DNA of 64,000 nt from Sphagnum compactum. Taxonomy: Eukaryota. Position 1 is the stretch's first letter. Each line of letters starts with the position of its first letter. Below the pieces are notes generated by a model. That model had not been told where the DNA came from and searched no databases. It was given only the letters and a program-made list of their open reading frames with translations. Below, piece by piece: positions 51,850 to 64,000 of the stretch. The position numbers were made by a program, and so were the translations under genes. Where the stretch lies: contig OZ234493.1 of NCBI GenBank assembly GCA_965153455.1, positions 9,972,213-10,036,212 of the forward strand, given 5' to 3'.

Positions 51850-53450
51850 CTTGCAAGCTCCAATGGCTTCATCATACAAGAATGTCACCAAATTAAAAAT
51901 GTTGTCGAAACATCCTCACACATAGGTCTAAGTGTGTGTTCAATTGATTGCACATTTATTTTTCATAAAAAATAAGTGTTGAGACAACACATTTTCTATA
52001 GATTCTAAAATTTGCACCATAAATTTTTTCGACAAACTTAAATATTTAATGCATGTTCAAGGTCAAAATTGGTTAACAACAATTGGCAAAAGGGATTGTA
52101 ATGTTTCTTATCCACCTCCATGATCTTTGGGGAATTGTTTTTCATGGTTTGAATGATCAAAATTGCTTAATTTTCCAAGGCCATGCCATCTAGCATAACA
52201 TCAAACCTTTTGTCAAATCTAGGCCCGATACTTTTGAATGTTTGAAATGATGTTTGAAAGTGGCTAGGTGATGCCTAAAATTTGTTTTAATACTAGACTT
52301 TATTTAGTAATGTTGGAAAACAATCCCCATGGCTATTGTGAACTCCACATTTGAGAGTAACTTGACATCATAACTTAAAAGAAAAGTTAGTTAAAGACTA
52401 CCTAATTAAAAGGTGGTTATCGCAAATCAAATATAAAATAATGCATCAACAAGTCACGAGAAATCCATTCACATGATTCATAATCGTTCAAATTTGGGAG
52501 GAGTCATTACTTTCCTCCGTGCAATATACTCTATGACATACTCTAATGAGACTACATTATAGGATTTCTTTCTTTTTTTTAAATTTTGTCGAGTTATGAG
52601 TTCCACAATTTTGCAAGTTCATAACTTTTGCATATGGACTCTAATTTAAAAACTCTCAAAGGCAAAATTATAACCCTTGAAAACTTCTTTGCAATGCCAT
52701 ATTGCACACTCTCATCAAAGGTCATTTATCCTCTTTATAAAATATTCTAATGACCAAAAACCAAATAATTGTTTATTTGAATCTTAATCATTTTTTTGGT
52801 CATAACTTGTGTTTCAAATTTTCAAATGGGAAATATGACTTTAATTTAAATTTTTACTATTCAAGAGTTTTTTAATAGTTTAAAGAATGTTCAATCTGGA
52901 CAAGTTTTGGTCCCTCAAACCTTATTGAACAAGCATTCAAAACATTGTGCAACTATAACTTTTAAAGTGGAAATCCATTTACGAATGTTGAGACTTATTC
53001 TCATGCACTTGGGTGAATGTGCTTAATCCCATGACACTTTCCCAACCCATTATTTTTGTCATGCCTTAGCTTTGGTTGCAAGCTCAAAGCTAGGATTATA
53101 ACATGTTAATGTCACCTTTTCAAAGATGAACAAAATGGATATTCATTTCCACTTCTTAATCACATATACATGCTCCTTGATCCAATTATTGTTGTCAATT
53201 GCAACACATCATCAATGAAAATGGGGATGAACCTAGAAACACCTATGATCTTTTTCATTTTGCACATCACAATGTCACACACCATCATAGCCATGTCCCA
53301 CTTAAACAAATCACTCCAATGTTTTTTGGGGTTGTTTTTGTATTTCAATATTGTAATCAAATCCTTCAAGCTTTTGTGTTTTGTCATTGGTTGGCCTTAA
53401 TTAAAACATAAAAACAACATTCAAATTGGATTTTTTTACACCTATCATTT
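51850..53450 (-). pseudogene. Internally deleted, decayed ZNF862/DUF4371-like hAT transposase relic (copy 3), interrupted by another repeat at about 52470-53100
   Basis: The minus strand reads QPMTKHKSLKDL...PKKHWSD...WDMA...FIPIFIDDV (53160-53390). A C-terminal segment IFMKNK...LNTHLDLCVRMF near 51900-51980 matches the ends of copies 1 and 2. Confidence 0.7.
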
Positions 53451-54444
53451 CCATCAATGCCCACACACACATGTCAAAAAACAATTCATTGACTAATTGA
53501 ACAAAAAATTAGGGTCCAACCACAATATTAGGAGCCACATGTGCCCCCTTAAACCACTGCTTTATTCTTTAAAAAAATTTAATGCATTTTTCAGAAAACA
53601 TAAAAAAATTTAAAATTTTTAAAAATATTATTATGTTAAATTTTATACTAAAAAATATCTCAAAATATGTCATTAAGATATATTTTCAAAATGTGCTTTT
53701 AGTGTCAAAACTATTTTTAATTACTTTTATGTAGTTTTTAAACAATGGTTACAAAAGGTTTATAGTCCTTATACGTATTTTTCACTCTTTAGATTGATTC
53801 CAATTTTTTTTTATATGTACATAATGTATTCACAATAACATTTTATAAAAAAAAATTCTATTTATTATTTTTAGTTATTACAATCCAAAGTTCAAAACAT
53901 TAAGCAGTGGTTACAACTACTTTTGGTACGTGTTAGTATGATTACACCCATTATAATTTATCATTTTTTTAATGAATCTTGCTACATTCAAAATAGATTG
54001 TGCCTGTAGATAGACCAATGGTACATACCAAGGTTTTTTCTTACCATAATGTTCAAATATAACCCATTGAGCTTGGGGCACAATAATTTGTCATGCTTTT
54101 TAATATGGTTACAAACCTTTGACCTCATTTTTGTAACCTTAGGTCATATAAAACCATTAGACAAATTATGCCTAAAAAGCTTCAAACATTTTTCAAACAT
54201 ATTGAAACATTTAATTATCATCATAAATTTTTCTCTTTGTGGATTTTCTTGTTGGGAAGGCTTAGGTTGAAGAATGGGATGCTTGGGTTTGGCGATATCT
54301 ATAATGGTATAATTATTTTTAAATATGGCAACATGAGGAACATTAAATGACCCAAAAATCAAATTCCATTTGAAATTAGAAGTACGACAAGCAGTGCCAT
54401 TTGGTAGAAGTAGAAGGACAACGAAGATGACTATGAACATAAGT

Positions 54445-57206
54445 CAGTGCTGTCCAACGGCTGGCCGCTAGCCACAGCCGCAAATCGGCTACAGCTGCGG
54501 CCAGGATTTTGACCAACGGGCGGCTGCAGGCGGCTGTGCGCCCTCAGCCGCCGGCTATGGCCATGGCCGGTATATAAAGACTACGCCCTATTTCGCAAAA
54601 TGATTAAATAAATTAATGGTGAAGATTGGGAGCCGAATCTACATGTTGATGGTAGCAGAGGAAGAACCTAGAAGCAAACATGCAAATAGTGAGTTAGTGA
54701 GCGCAAACGAACAACAGGATGAGTGAACACATACCTAGACGTAACTTGACGTTGTGACGGACTGCGTATGGCACAGATAGGACACTGCGTACCCACGCCA
54801 GGTCTCAATCTGAGTTTTGAGTCTGAGACATTGGACATGGAGTGCTTCGAGTCGCTTGATGATGCCAAGAAGAAGATATCCGCTGATTTAAGCAGCAAGA
54901 ACCCACAATATCAGGTGATTCCTTTTACGTCTTCGACTCGGCCATCGGACAACAAATTATGGGAGCGCATGGGTCAGGTGGTCGTGAAGGCCACTGGGCA
55001 GTGGGTGTGCTTCGATGTGCCAGTGGAGTTGGATGGCAAGGCGAGGACCAAGAGGATGTACGTGGTCGCCTGCATGAAGCCCACTTGCTTCACTATCTAC
55101 GTATACAACTCCCGTGATGGCACGTCGTCAATGAGCGCCCATACATGCTCCCGTGTGGCTGTTGCTGCTAGCTTTGGCAACCTACACGCTTGGGCGACCA
55201 AGAAAGGCGTGCCGACCGATCATGCCAAAGCCAGCATGACCAATTCTCTAGTCAACATGTGTGCGTATGACATTCGCCCGTTTGCGGTGGTGGAAGGCCC
55301 GGGATTCCATGATGTCATCCAGATAGCCTTGGACATCGGCTTTGCAAGCAAGACACCGCTTCTTGCCGATGACTTGCTGCAGTCCCGATAGACAATCAAG
55401 CGCAGGACCATGGACCGTTCCGAAAAGGGCATCGTCAAGCTCCAAAGCATCGCGCACAACCACTTTCAAGACAATGGGTGTGCCTCATTTTCCACAGACA
55501 TTTGGACGGACGACGCCACGCAAACGGCGTACAGCGTTGACACCATGCACCTGATCGACGTCAATTTTATCATGCACGCCCGCGTCGTGTCCTGTGATGA
55601 GTTCAACGAAGGCACGAGTCACACTGCGACAGCGATTCATTGCGACTTTCTTAACAGTGTCCGCCCGTTCATAACCTGGAAGGAGGAAAACGTAACGGTT
55701 CAGGCTGCAGACTGGCAGGTGGTAGTCAAGTCGGATGCGGCGGGAAACAATAGGGGTGCGGAAGGTATGTCGTCGCAGTTCGAGTTGGATCTATGCTATT
55801 GCCATCGCATTTCCATCGTCATCAACTATGTGCTGCGGAAGCAGATGCGCCAAGTGGACGACGTCAAGCAGGTTCCTGTCTACCTCTTCTACGACGAGTC
55901 CCCGTTTGTGTATGACACGATTGATGCTTTGAAGGAGCTGGTCATGTACATGAAGCAGACGAAACTAAACAAGCAGCTGAAGAACAAAATGAAGCAGGAC
56001 GTGGCGACGCGCTTTGACGGTCTCCTCATCATGCTTCAGTCTGTGTCCGCCGAGCTGGATGAATCCACCGAGCTGTTGAAAAAGAGGAAACAGGAGGACC
56101 GCGCCGAGAAGATCTTCGAGGAGCTGTTCGATGAACTTATTCGACTGCTGCACTACTTCAAGCTGGCTAGCAAGTCCCTCGAGCCGTTCAATACACGAAC
56201 TCTTCATCTCGTCGGCATGTGGCTGGCCAAACTGAAGGCACATCTTCAACCACGAGATGAACCCGTCACCGTCAAGGGCGCCAGCGGCGAGAAGATGACC
56301 ATTCCAGCCGACAGTGAAGACACTGCACCCATCAAGGTGCGCCTTCTTGAGCAGCTTGAGGAGAAATTCTTTATCAAGCCGCTCCACGCCGCCACTGCCT
56401 ACTTGGATCCACTGCAAAAGAACCGTCTGAAAGATTATGGCTTCACTCAACAGCTGATCGACCAAGGCCTAGTTTACCTCAAGGACATTATGTGCAAGGT
56501 CGGCCCACCTAAGCCACCAGCGGCGTCCATGTCCGGTGGTATGCAACAACGTCCACCAGTGGTCAAGAAGAACCTCGTCAAGAGGCCGCGCACCGTCTTT
56601 GTCCACGCTGGTTCGAGTCGAGACGATAGTGACGAGGAATCAAAGGACGACGCTGAGCCAGCCGAGGAGTCCTAGCTCGAAGCCCGCATCGATCAGGAGT
56701 TGGCAAAATATCGCCTGTTCAAGGTGTCCAAGAGTGACAAGGAGGTTCTGCTCCAGCCCGATACACGGAAAAGAGCCTGAAAAGATGGTGATGTTAAACA
56801 CGACGTCGGCATGTTGCCATGGTGGCGAGTAAAGTCGGACAAGTTTCTGATTCTCGCGTGCGCCGTACGTGCCATTTTGTGCATCCCTGCATCTAGTTCC
56901 ATGTCGGAATGCACTTTCTCAAGTGCCGGCAATACTCGTAGCAACAAGCGCAGCGGGTTGCATCCAAGCACCCTCAATGCTCTTCTCTTTCTCCGTTCTA
57001 ACCAGGACCTTGACCGTAAATAAACACGTTCAAGAGTAAGATGGCTACAACTCAAACATTGTGTTAACGGGCGGCTATCGTTGTGGCTGCCATATTGGCA
57101 TGTGAATTGGGCGGCTACGGCTGCGACTGCGACTGCGGCCGAGATTTCATCAGGACCAAAACGGCTCGGCTGCGACTGGATGCCGACGGATGCTTGAACA
57201 GCACTG
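54445..57206 (+). mobile_element. Full-length hAT DNA transposon 'B' (2762 bp) with TIRs and an 8-bp TSD
   Basis: TSD ACATAAGT (54437-54444) and ACATAAGC (57207-57214) match at 7/8. The TIR CAGTGCTGTCCAA matches the reverse-complemented right end CAGTGCTGTTCAA at 12/13. GCGGCT/AGCCG subterminal repeats occur at both ends, and there is a TATATAAA at ~54572. Confidence 0.95.
54768..57023 (+). pseudogene. Hermes/hobo/Ac-type hAT transposase of element B: one reading frame of about 750 codons with three premature stops
   Basis: ORFs 54768, 55410 and 56811 share one frame, broken by TAG 55389-91, TAG 56673-75 and TGA 56778-80. Motifs: BED-like CMKPTC...GTSSMSAHTC, DIRPFAVVEGPGF, STDIWTD (D1), KSDAAGN (D2), CYCH (CxxH), DVATRF and LPWW...ILCIPASSSMSECTFSSAG (dimerisation domain, catalytic E). 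Confidence 0.93.
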
Positions 57207-58609
57207 ACATAAGCACAACAAAATGATTAATAAGCACAAGCATAAACAAAAATGATCACAAGTTCATGATCTACAACTTGCAATTTACAAAAGCCAAAAG
57301 AAAAATAAATGCAAGTGCACTTTCAAAAGTTCAAATTCACATTCACATAGTTGCAAGTAGTCACATCTTGTAAGGTGGAAACATGGTGAAATACACATAA
57401 AAAGTGAATGTTTATTATTTTATCATAGATCAAGCATATGAAAACATTAAGGTAACATCAAAACAAGTAGACATATAATAACAAAAATAATATACTTGTC
57501 CTAAGTTAATGAAAATCTATGTGCTAAAAATTAAAAACAAATAAACCTAAGGAATAGATCAAAAATGGATTCCAAAAAGGATTTAGAAATTTATGTTTGG
57601 TGGTATTTTTACACAAAATACTTAAATGAATATATGCATATATTTGGTTAGGGTGTAAAAATGAATTTATTATTGAAGTTCACATCAAGAAAATATTTTA
57701 CTTTTTATTTGTGGGTTCAAACTAGGTATGAGGAAACACTTCAAAAAGTAACCACTACTTAATTATCCATTATGATAAGTGGCTACTTAAATTGATATTG
57801 AAAATTTTGATTGAACCTTTACTATAATGTTCTTGACATGTATTATGGGAACATTTGACAAAATTTGAAATGAATTTATTAAATATGAAATATCCAAAAA
57901 CATTTTTTAAAAGATGTAATTAATGTTTTAAAAAAAATAAAAAATTAAAAGGCTTGAAATGATTTGAAAATGACATTTTTATGCAGACCTTTGCATTATC
58001 ATATAATGCAAGATGTTTTTAAGTCATATAATTAAAACAATTTGAAATTTGATTTGCAAATCATGATTTTAACATATTTCTTGAAAGAAAAATTGTTTTG
58101 AAGGACGTAACAAGGACATAGTTACCAAGGCAAGTGATTCCTAACACCCAAATTGGACCCTTATTATAATTTATTTCACATGCATTTTACAGAAGTTTTC
58201 ATTGCAAAAGTAAACTTCAAAACTATTTGCATTTCAAACAAGTAATTGAAAAAAATATTAAACCTTTTACTCTATGATGCAAGGCAACAATTCAACAATT
58301 ACAAGCCCCTTTGAATGGTGAAAGTACCAAATTTCTAACATAATTTCCTAAGCTGCCCATTTGCACAAGCTTATAGGAGGTTGGCACTTGATGATAAATC
58401 ATCAATCAAAAAAACTTTACTTTGTTTCAAAGTGAAGTTTTGTTAAAAGTTAGTAAATCACCAAAAAAATTAGAGTTTCCAATTTCAAGATTGCTTGATC
58501 ACAACGATCTTGTTCTAAAGTCATGGTAATCATTGTTTTATATTACATCCAACAAGCCAAATGGGTGCAATGGGAGATCCTATGCAAGGTTACACAGACA
58601 AGGTTGGAA

Positions 58610-59050
58610 GCAATGTTGGGCAATTCTTGACATTTATGAAGAATTTCTAAATTTCTGGTTCTGGTTTCAGTTTGCAAAAAATGGAACTTGGAATCCAGTT
58701 TCAAGTCAAATTCTTTAAAAATACAAAATCTTGATTCCAGTTCTAAAAAATCAGACCCAATTACACTTTGGTTCCAGGCAACCCAGACCAAAATTGGTGA
58801 TTAACTGCTGGTTAACCTCTAATTAGCCTCTGAATCTAGTCCTTTTTTTCCAAAATTAAATTATTAAAAAAATCAAAAATAAAAAAACCAGTTCCAGTTC
58901 ATAAAAACAAGGATCCTAGTTCTGGTTTGGTTTTGGTTTTGGTTCTTAAACCTGCAAATAGAAAACCTAGGTCCAATTTCAAGCTTGGTTCCAAAAAACA
59001 GAGACTTCGTTTTGGTTTTACCAACCAGAATTGGAACCAGAACTAGATGT
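58610..59050. repeat. Dispersed GGTTCC/GGAACC-rich repeat
   Basis: Same family as 49280-49730 (AAAAAATCAGACCCA, TTAACTGCTGGTTAACC). It starts CAATGTTGGGC, resembling a hAT-type CAGTGTTGG terminus. Confidence 0.7.
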
Positions 59051-59699
59051 TTTAACTAATTGTGCCTAGATATGAAAATATGAGGCATTACTCAAGTTAT
59101 TTATATGGAATATTCTTCAAATTTTTATAACATAATGATATGCATAGTAAAAAAAATTATGAATATAATTGACCGGACATATATGTTTTTTTTTTTCATT
59201 TTGCAGAAATGCATTTTCAGATTTTCAAACTCACATTTAATCACAGGATATGTACAAAGGTTAAGAATACATCCCTGGCTTTTTGAATTAATTTTTCCAA
59301 TCACAGACCTGCCTTACTAGAACATTAGAAAACATCCAAAAAACCAATAACTTCTGGGGGAGTTGGACCCCGGTTTTTTTAAAAACCCTCCCGAATGCAA
59401 CAGTAGTTTCCTGCCCCAACCACACCCCCACATACACCCCATCTAACCCACAAACACACACAACACAATAAAAGCCATCCTTATTGTGGATGAGCTCCAC
59501 AAGTAACCTCACCATGAATTAAAAGACAAAATTGTTAGTTCAAAATGGAATGTAAAGTGCAAACTATCATTCAAGTTTTGCAATCCCAGAAACAACAATA
59601 AATTTTTAACTCACCTTACCAATGCCAAATTAATCCTTGTCTAATTCCAATTGTTCAAAATAATTTGATTCCTCAATCAAATCATAATCATCTTTAGCT

Positions 59700-61740
59700 A
59701 ATGAAAATTCAACTTTTAGAAAGTCTATCAAATCCTTATGTCGTGAACAATTTAGACACAGATCGTCAAGTCAATTCTTCACCACAATGATGATTCGGTC
59801 TAAATTATCCGCTTGCAACTTATAGCATTTCAAAACTATCAACCCACCAGCAAGATTGAATACACGTTCAATTTCAATCTATTACCCCAGAATTCCCAAT
59901 ATTTGTTTGGCAAGGAAGCTAACATTTGGGAATTGGGTTTCATGAATTGGCCACCAAGTTAAGGGATCAACACATGTAATAGGTGTTACATATAACCTCT
60001 TGAACAAAGACAACGCCCCAACAATAAGTGCACGTGATGACTCTTTCATAAATGCACCCACACCAAATATATTATTGTTTTCTTCAATAGAGTCACCAAA
60101 TCCAGCAACAAATCCAACAACTTCTACTACACATCCTTGGATAAAGAGGGTTTAGAATTTTAAATATAGTCATTAAAAGAGGGATGATTACATTTGCATC
60201 ATACTCTACAACAAGACAAATACAAGCCCCACAACCCACATAATTTTCCACAACCTTTAAAGATTTGAACCTAATCAAGCATAAAAGTGAAAATATTGTG
60301 CACCTGCTGTGAATCATGGGCTTGCATAAATTTTGATGACCTTAATAACTCCTGCCTATAGGTTGTTTTGAAAGATGATAAGCTCAACATCAAATGCATC
60401 CAAAGGATCAAAAGCATTAGTAGCCTATCCAACTTCAGATTCCAAAGTTAGTGTCAAATTGATACATGTATTAATTTGACAATTACCTATACTTTAACCT
60501 TAAGAACTATTTGTTGCAAAGTAATTGTCTTCTGCCTCCCATAACACAAAATATTAACCTTTTTGAATTCCAGTACCTCTTCAAACATGATTACCTTACT
60601 AGCGAGTTTTGTTTTCATTGGGGTCTTCAATTTTTGAAACCACAACCCCCTTTCAACACATGCCCTTTCCCATTCTTGCCTTCTTTTTCCCGACCTCTTT
60701 GTCCATGTGATCGTCTTTTGTAAGCTACTTTGGGTAGCCTTCACATTGATTTGTTTTAGACCTACAATCACTTCTTCATAATTAACAACATATTGACAAG
60801 CTTTAAACATAATGTGACCAAAACACGTACCTTCATAAACTTGCTGAAGTTTCAAAGGGCAACAATTGACAATGGAACGTAGTGTTGTCGCCATAGATAA
60901 CAAGTTGCTACCTTCATCTTTCACAAAGGTAACCATACGATGCATTAGATCATACTTTTCAAATAATGAACACAGTTAACTAGCCATGGGGAGCCCTGTG
61001 GTCATGAACTTCAAATAAACCAATGGTAACATGTTGGGGCCTTCAAGATTCATTCAGGTAATTAATTACCAAGGCAAAGGTGTCCACACCACCTTTGGAC
61101 ATTTAAAGATCAAAACTAGTCGATAGTGTTGTTGTTTTAGCAAGCCCTGGTAGCACATGTAATTGCATGGTTTTTGTGACCATTGCACGTAACACTTCCT
61201 TTACAAAAGTAACATGAAAATGAAAAACAACACATGAGTAGAGGTGTAAGACCAACCTCCTAAACCAAATATTGTCACAAGTGGGAAGGGGCCTGTACCC
61301 TTGCAAGTATACAAGACCAGGTCTTCAAAAAAATATTATTGTGTTTCATTAGATTTCTTGTAAGGATTTGTAGCACAAAAATATGATGTGATTACACACC
61401 TAGATGGCCAAGACTGTTTCTTCCCTGGCTATTGGCTGTGACTTGCAGTAGCAACAACAAGTTCCTCAACAATGGTTAATTTTCTACGAGCAACCAACTT
61501 TGGATGTGCAGATTTAACATGGGTTTTCATGGGAGTGATCTCATTAATTTTACCATATTTGATAAGGCCTTTTTGTAAAGTAAAACATTGGCACAAATCA
61601 AGAACACCAGCTTGCTCTATTCTATAAATAATGCACCTCAACATCTGCGGCTTCTCAAGATCCATAAGTAAATTGTCATTTACAACAAAAAACCCCCAAT
61701 AAATTGAGGTTCGATTATGTGGTTTCCAAGCTATAGCTTG
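59700..61740 (-). pseudogene. Decayed BED-finger hAT transposase
   Basis: The minus strand reads MLRCIIY...KGLIKYGKINEITPMKTHV...H, STSFDL, FVKDEGSNL, GTCFGH (CxxH) and KLKTPMKTK. The C-terminus reads DPLTWWPIHETQFPNVSFLAKQILGI...IEIERVFNLAG (hAT dimerisation domain). Confidence 0.88.
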
Positions 61741-62189
61741 TGCTTGTATAATTACAAGCTGTTACATTTCAACCTCAGCACAATACCACCAAAGGATTCA
61801 ACCAACCAAACATCATCATCTTCAGCCATTGTTCAAGGTTGTAGAACGAGAATTACAACCTAACCCTAAAAAACCAACAAAGTGCCCCCCAAAAAAAAAT
61901 TCAAAGCAAGGCATGGAAGTTCTCAATTTAGTTGGAAAAGGTTCATGGACACATGTAAAATAAAATGAAAATGTAGAGCAAAAAAATCCAAGGCACATGA
62001 AATTTAGGAGAAGAGCTTGAAGACTTACTTTGTCAATGGTTGATGTAGAGATGTTGTTATAGACCAAATTGTTGGAATCTCCATTGAAGCTATAGATGCT
62101 TCAATTAGAAGAGTGCCTCAATGAATGCAATAACAATCAATAGCAACAATGTCATGAACACCAAAACTCTGAAGGAGCAAGAAGACCTC

Positions 62190-63450
62190 AAAGGCCACAT
62201 TTAGACAACTTAAACAACTCACACCTCAAACCTCCAACCTCACACATTCACATTCATAGTGCTTCACAAACCTTCATAAACCTTCATAAACCTTCACAGA
62301 CCTTAGACCTAAGTAGACCTCAAACCTTAGATAAAAACGTTGAACGCTTATGTAATGATATCAGCAGCTACAGCTTTGTAGCAATTTGACATGCCATAAG
62401 GGATGAGCTACAACCAATACTGGGTGCATGCAGCAAATTTGGAAATACAAAACTCTCAAGTGGGAACTAATCGCCTATAGCGTACTCACAAGTTGCTAAT
62501 GCAACAACAAGTGACAATAATAGGAGTTTCGCTATTAATGTTGCAACAACAAAGGTCCATGACACATTGTTGCCACATTTGCAGCAAGAGGACAAATTAC
62601 TCGAGAGATTCTAGAGAATCATCATATTCTTCACATGACAGTCACCTTTGTTTCTACTAGAATGATACCCACAGGAACCAATCCACTTCACAATAGTGAT
62701 AAATCAAAGGTCATTCCTTGACCAAAATCAACAGTTCAAATTTATTTTTTCTTACCACCATGCTCAAGTCCTCTTATCCAAATGAAACCAAAAAAATCGT
62801 TCAAACGTTTTGATCCAAGTCAAAGTCCAAAATTTGGAGCTAAAAAGAGGAACTTGGTAACTATGTTGTAGATATAGTTAGAGAACAACAACAAATTTGA
62901 TCCCTGGGGGGTGGGGGAATGAGTACTAGTTTTTTGACTGGGAGAATAAGAAGAAACAATTGAACTTCATTAGGAGATTACAATTTCTTCTTCCAAGAGA
63001 TTTAAAGAGCACCTCAAACGCAATGTGTTATGGTGAAAGGGTTTTGTGAACATTGACATGTGGGTGAAAGATCAGACCTCACAAAGAGCGCTAAACGTTT
63101 AGACCTCAGACTTCACAAAAAATGACGATTGCTAAAACCTTAAACTTCATAAAAAGTGATGAGTGCTTAGACCTCAAACTTCACAATGAACGCTTAGATG
63201 TTAAACCTTAGAGAAAACGTTCTGACTTTAAACTTCAGACTTCACAAAAAGAACATTTAGAGCACAAACCTCACAAAGAGAATGCTCAAAGCTCAAACCT
63301 CACAAAGAGAGGGCTCAAAGCTTAGACCTCAAACTTCATTAGACTTCTGACCTTTGATCTTGCATAGAGATACCTTGAACCGCAGACCTCTAACTTCAAA
63401 CAAAAAACTTCACACTTCAAACCGCTAACCTTAGACCTTCAAACTTTGTT
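62190..63450. repeat. Clusters of short AGACCTCAAAC / AAACCTTCAC / AAACCTTAGA repeats (probable subterminal repeats of the 59700-61740 element)
   Basis: Dense imperfect reiterations occur at 62190-62340 and 63070-63445, upstream of the minus-strand transposase. Confidence 0.6.
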
Positions 63451-64000
63451 GCAAAAAATCACAAATCATAAGGAGCACAAAGTTGACAGAGGACATGCAT
63501 TTTGCACATTACACTCAGAGCTTTGCCAACAAAACTTTTGGACTTCGCAAAGTGTAAAACACTAAACCCTAAATGCCATGAGCTCCATCTCCATCCAACC
63601 CTAACTCTAATCTCCAAACCCTAACCAATTATACATCGAATGCACTACATATCCACACTATGCATATTTGGGCATATTCATGAGTGCCTAGATGTGCATA
63701 CTGGTATGGGCAATTCCTGCCTGGATATGCATGAGCGCTTTATGCCGGATATGTATAAGGACAAATATTTGAAAAAAACCAAATTCTGGATATGGCTACA
63801 TGCATATCCGGGAACTATCCAGGTTCATATCCACAATTTTTGATATATCCGGGCAACACAGGTTCTAACCTGCAAAACTGAGTGCCTGCCCAACACTGTT
63901 TGGGTGCAGTGTTGGGTGGGTACCACTTTGGCGGGTAAGAACCGGTGATCATGATTAGTAAGAACTGGATCAAGACCAAGACTGATTTTTCAGACCTGGA

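Noticed and set aside
55220-57055. Minus-strand and alternate-frame ORFs within element B (e.g. 55965..56465)
   Set aside because: These are expected shadow ORFs of a GC3-rich transposase gene and show no independent motifs.
63555-63625. Interstitial telomere repeats (AAACCCTAA-like)
   Set aside because: There are only a few scattered imperfect copies and no tandem TTTAGGG array.

Overview
This is eukaryotic, AT-rich, repeat-dense land-plant DNA. The intron style and the transposon families suggest a bryophyte such as Sphagnum, but that is an inference. Only two host genes are supported, both on the minus strand. The first is a small plant-specific protein of unknown function (59..523) with a spliced 5' leader. 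The second is a two-exon plant PHD-type zinc-finger gene (35319..38590). The rest is largely nested transposon material. Two young, GC/CpG-rich hAT DNA transposons stand out, each with intact termini and an 8-bp target-site duplication (7325..9864 and 54445..57206). Their transposases are unlike each other and unlike the older AT-rich hAT relics here, which makes them candidates for recent and possibly horizontal invasion. The window also holds five decayed hAT transposase relics of two other families, several MITEs, probable LINE debris, tandem arrays and hairpins. I found no rRNA, tRNA, CRISPR or prokaryote-type system. Most short ORFs in the supplied track look like noise or transposon fragments.
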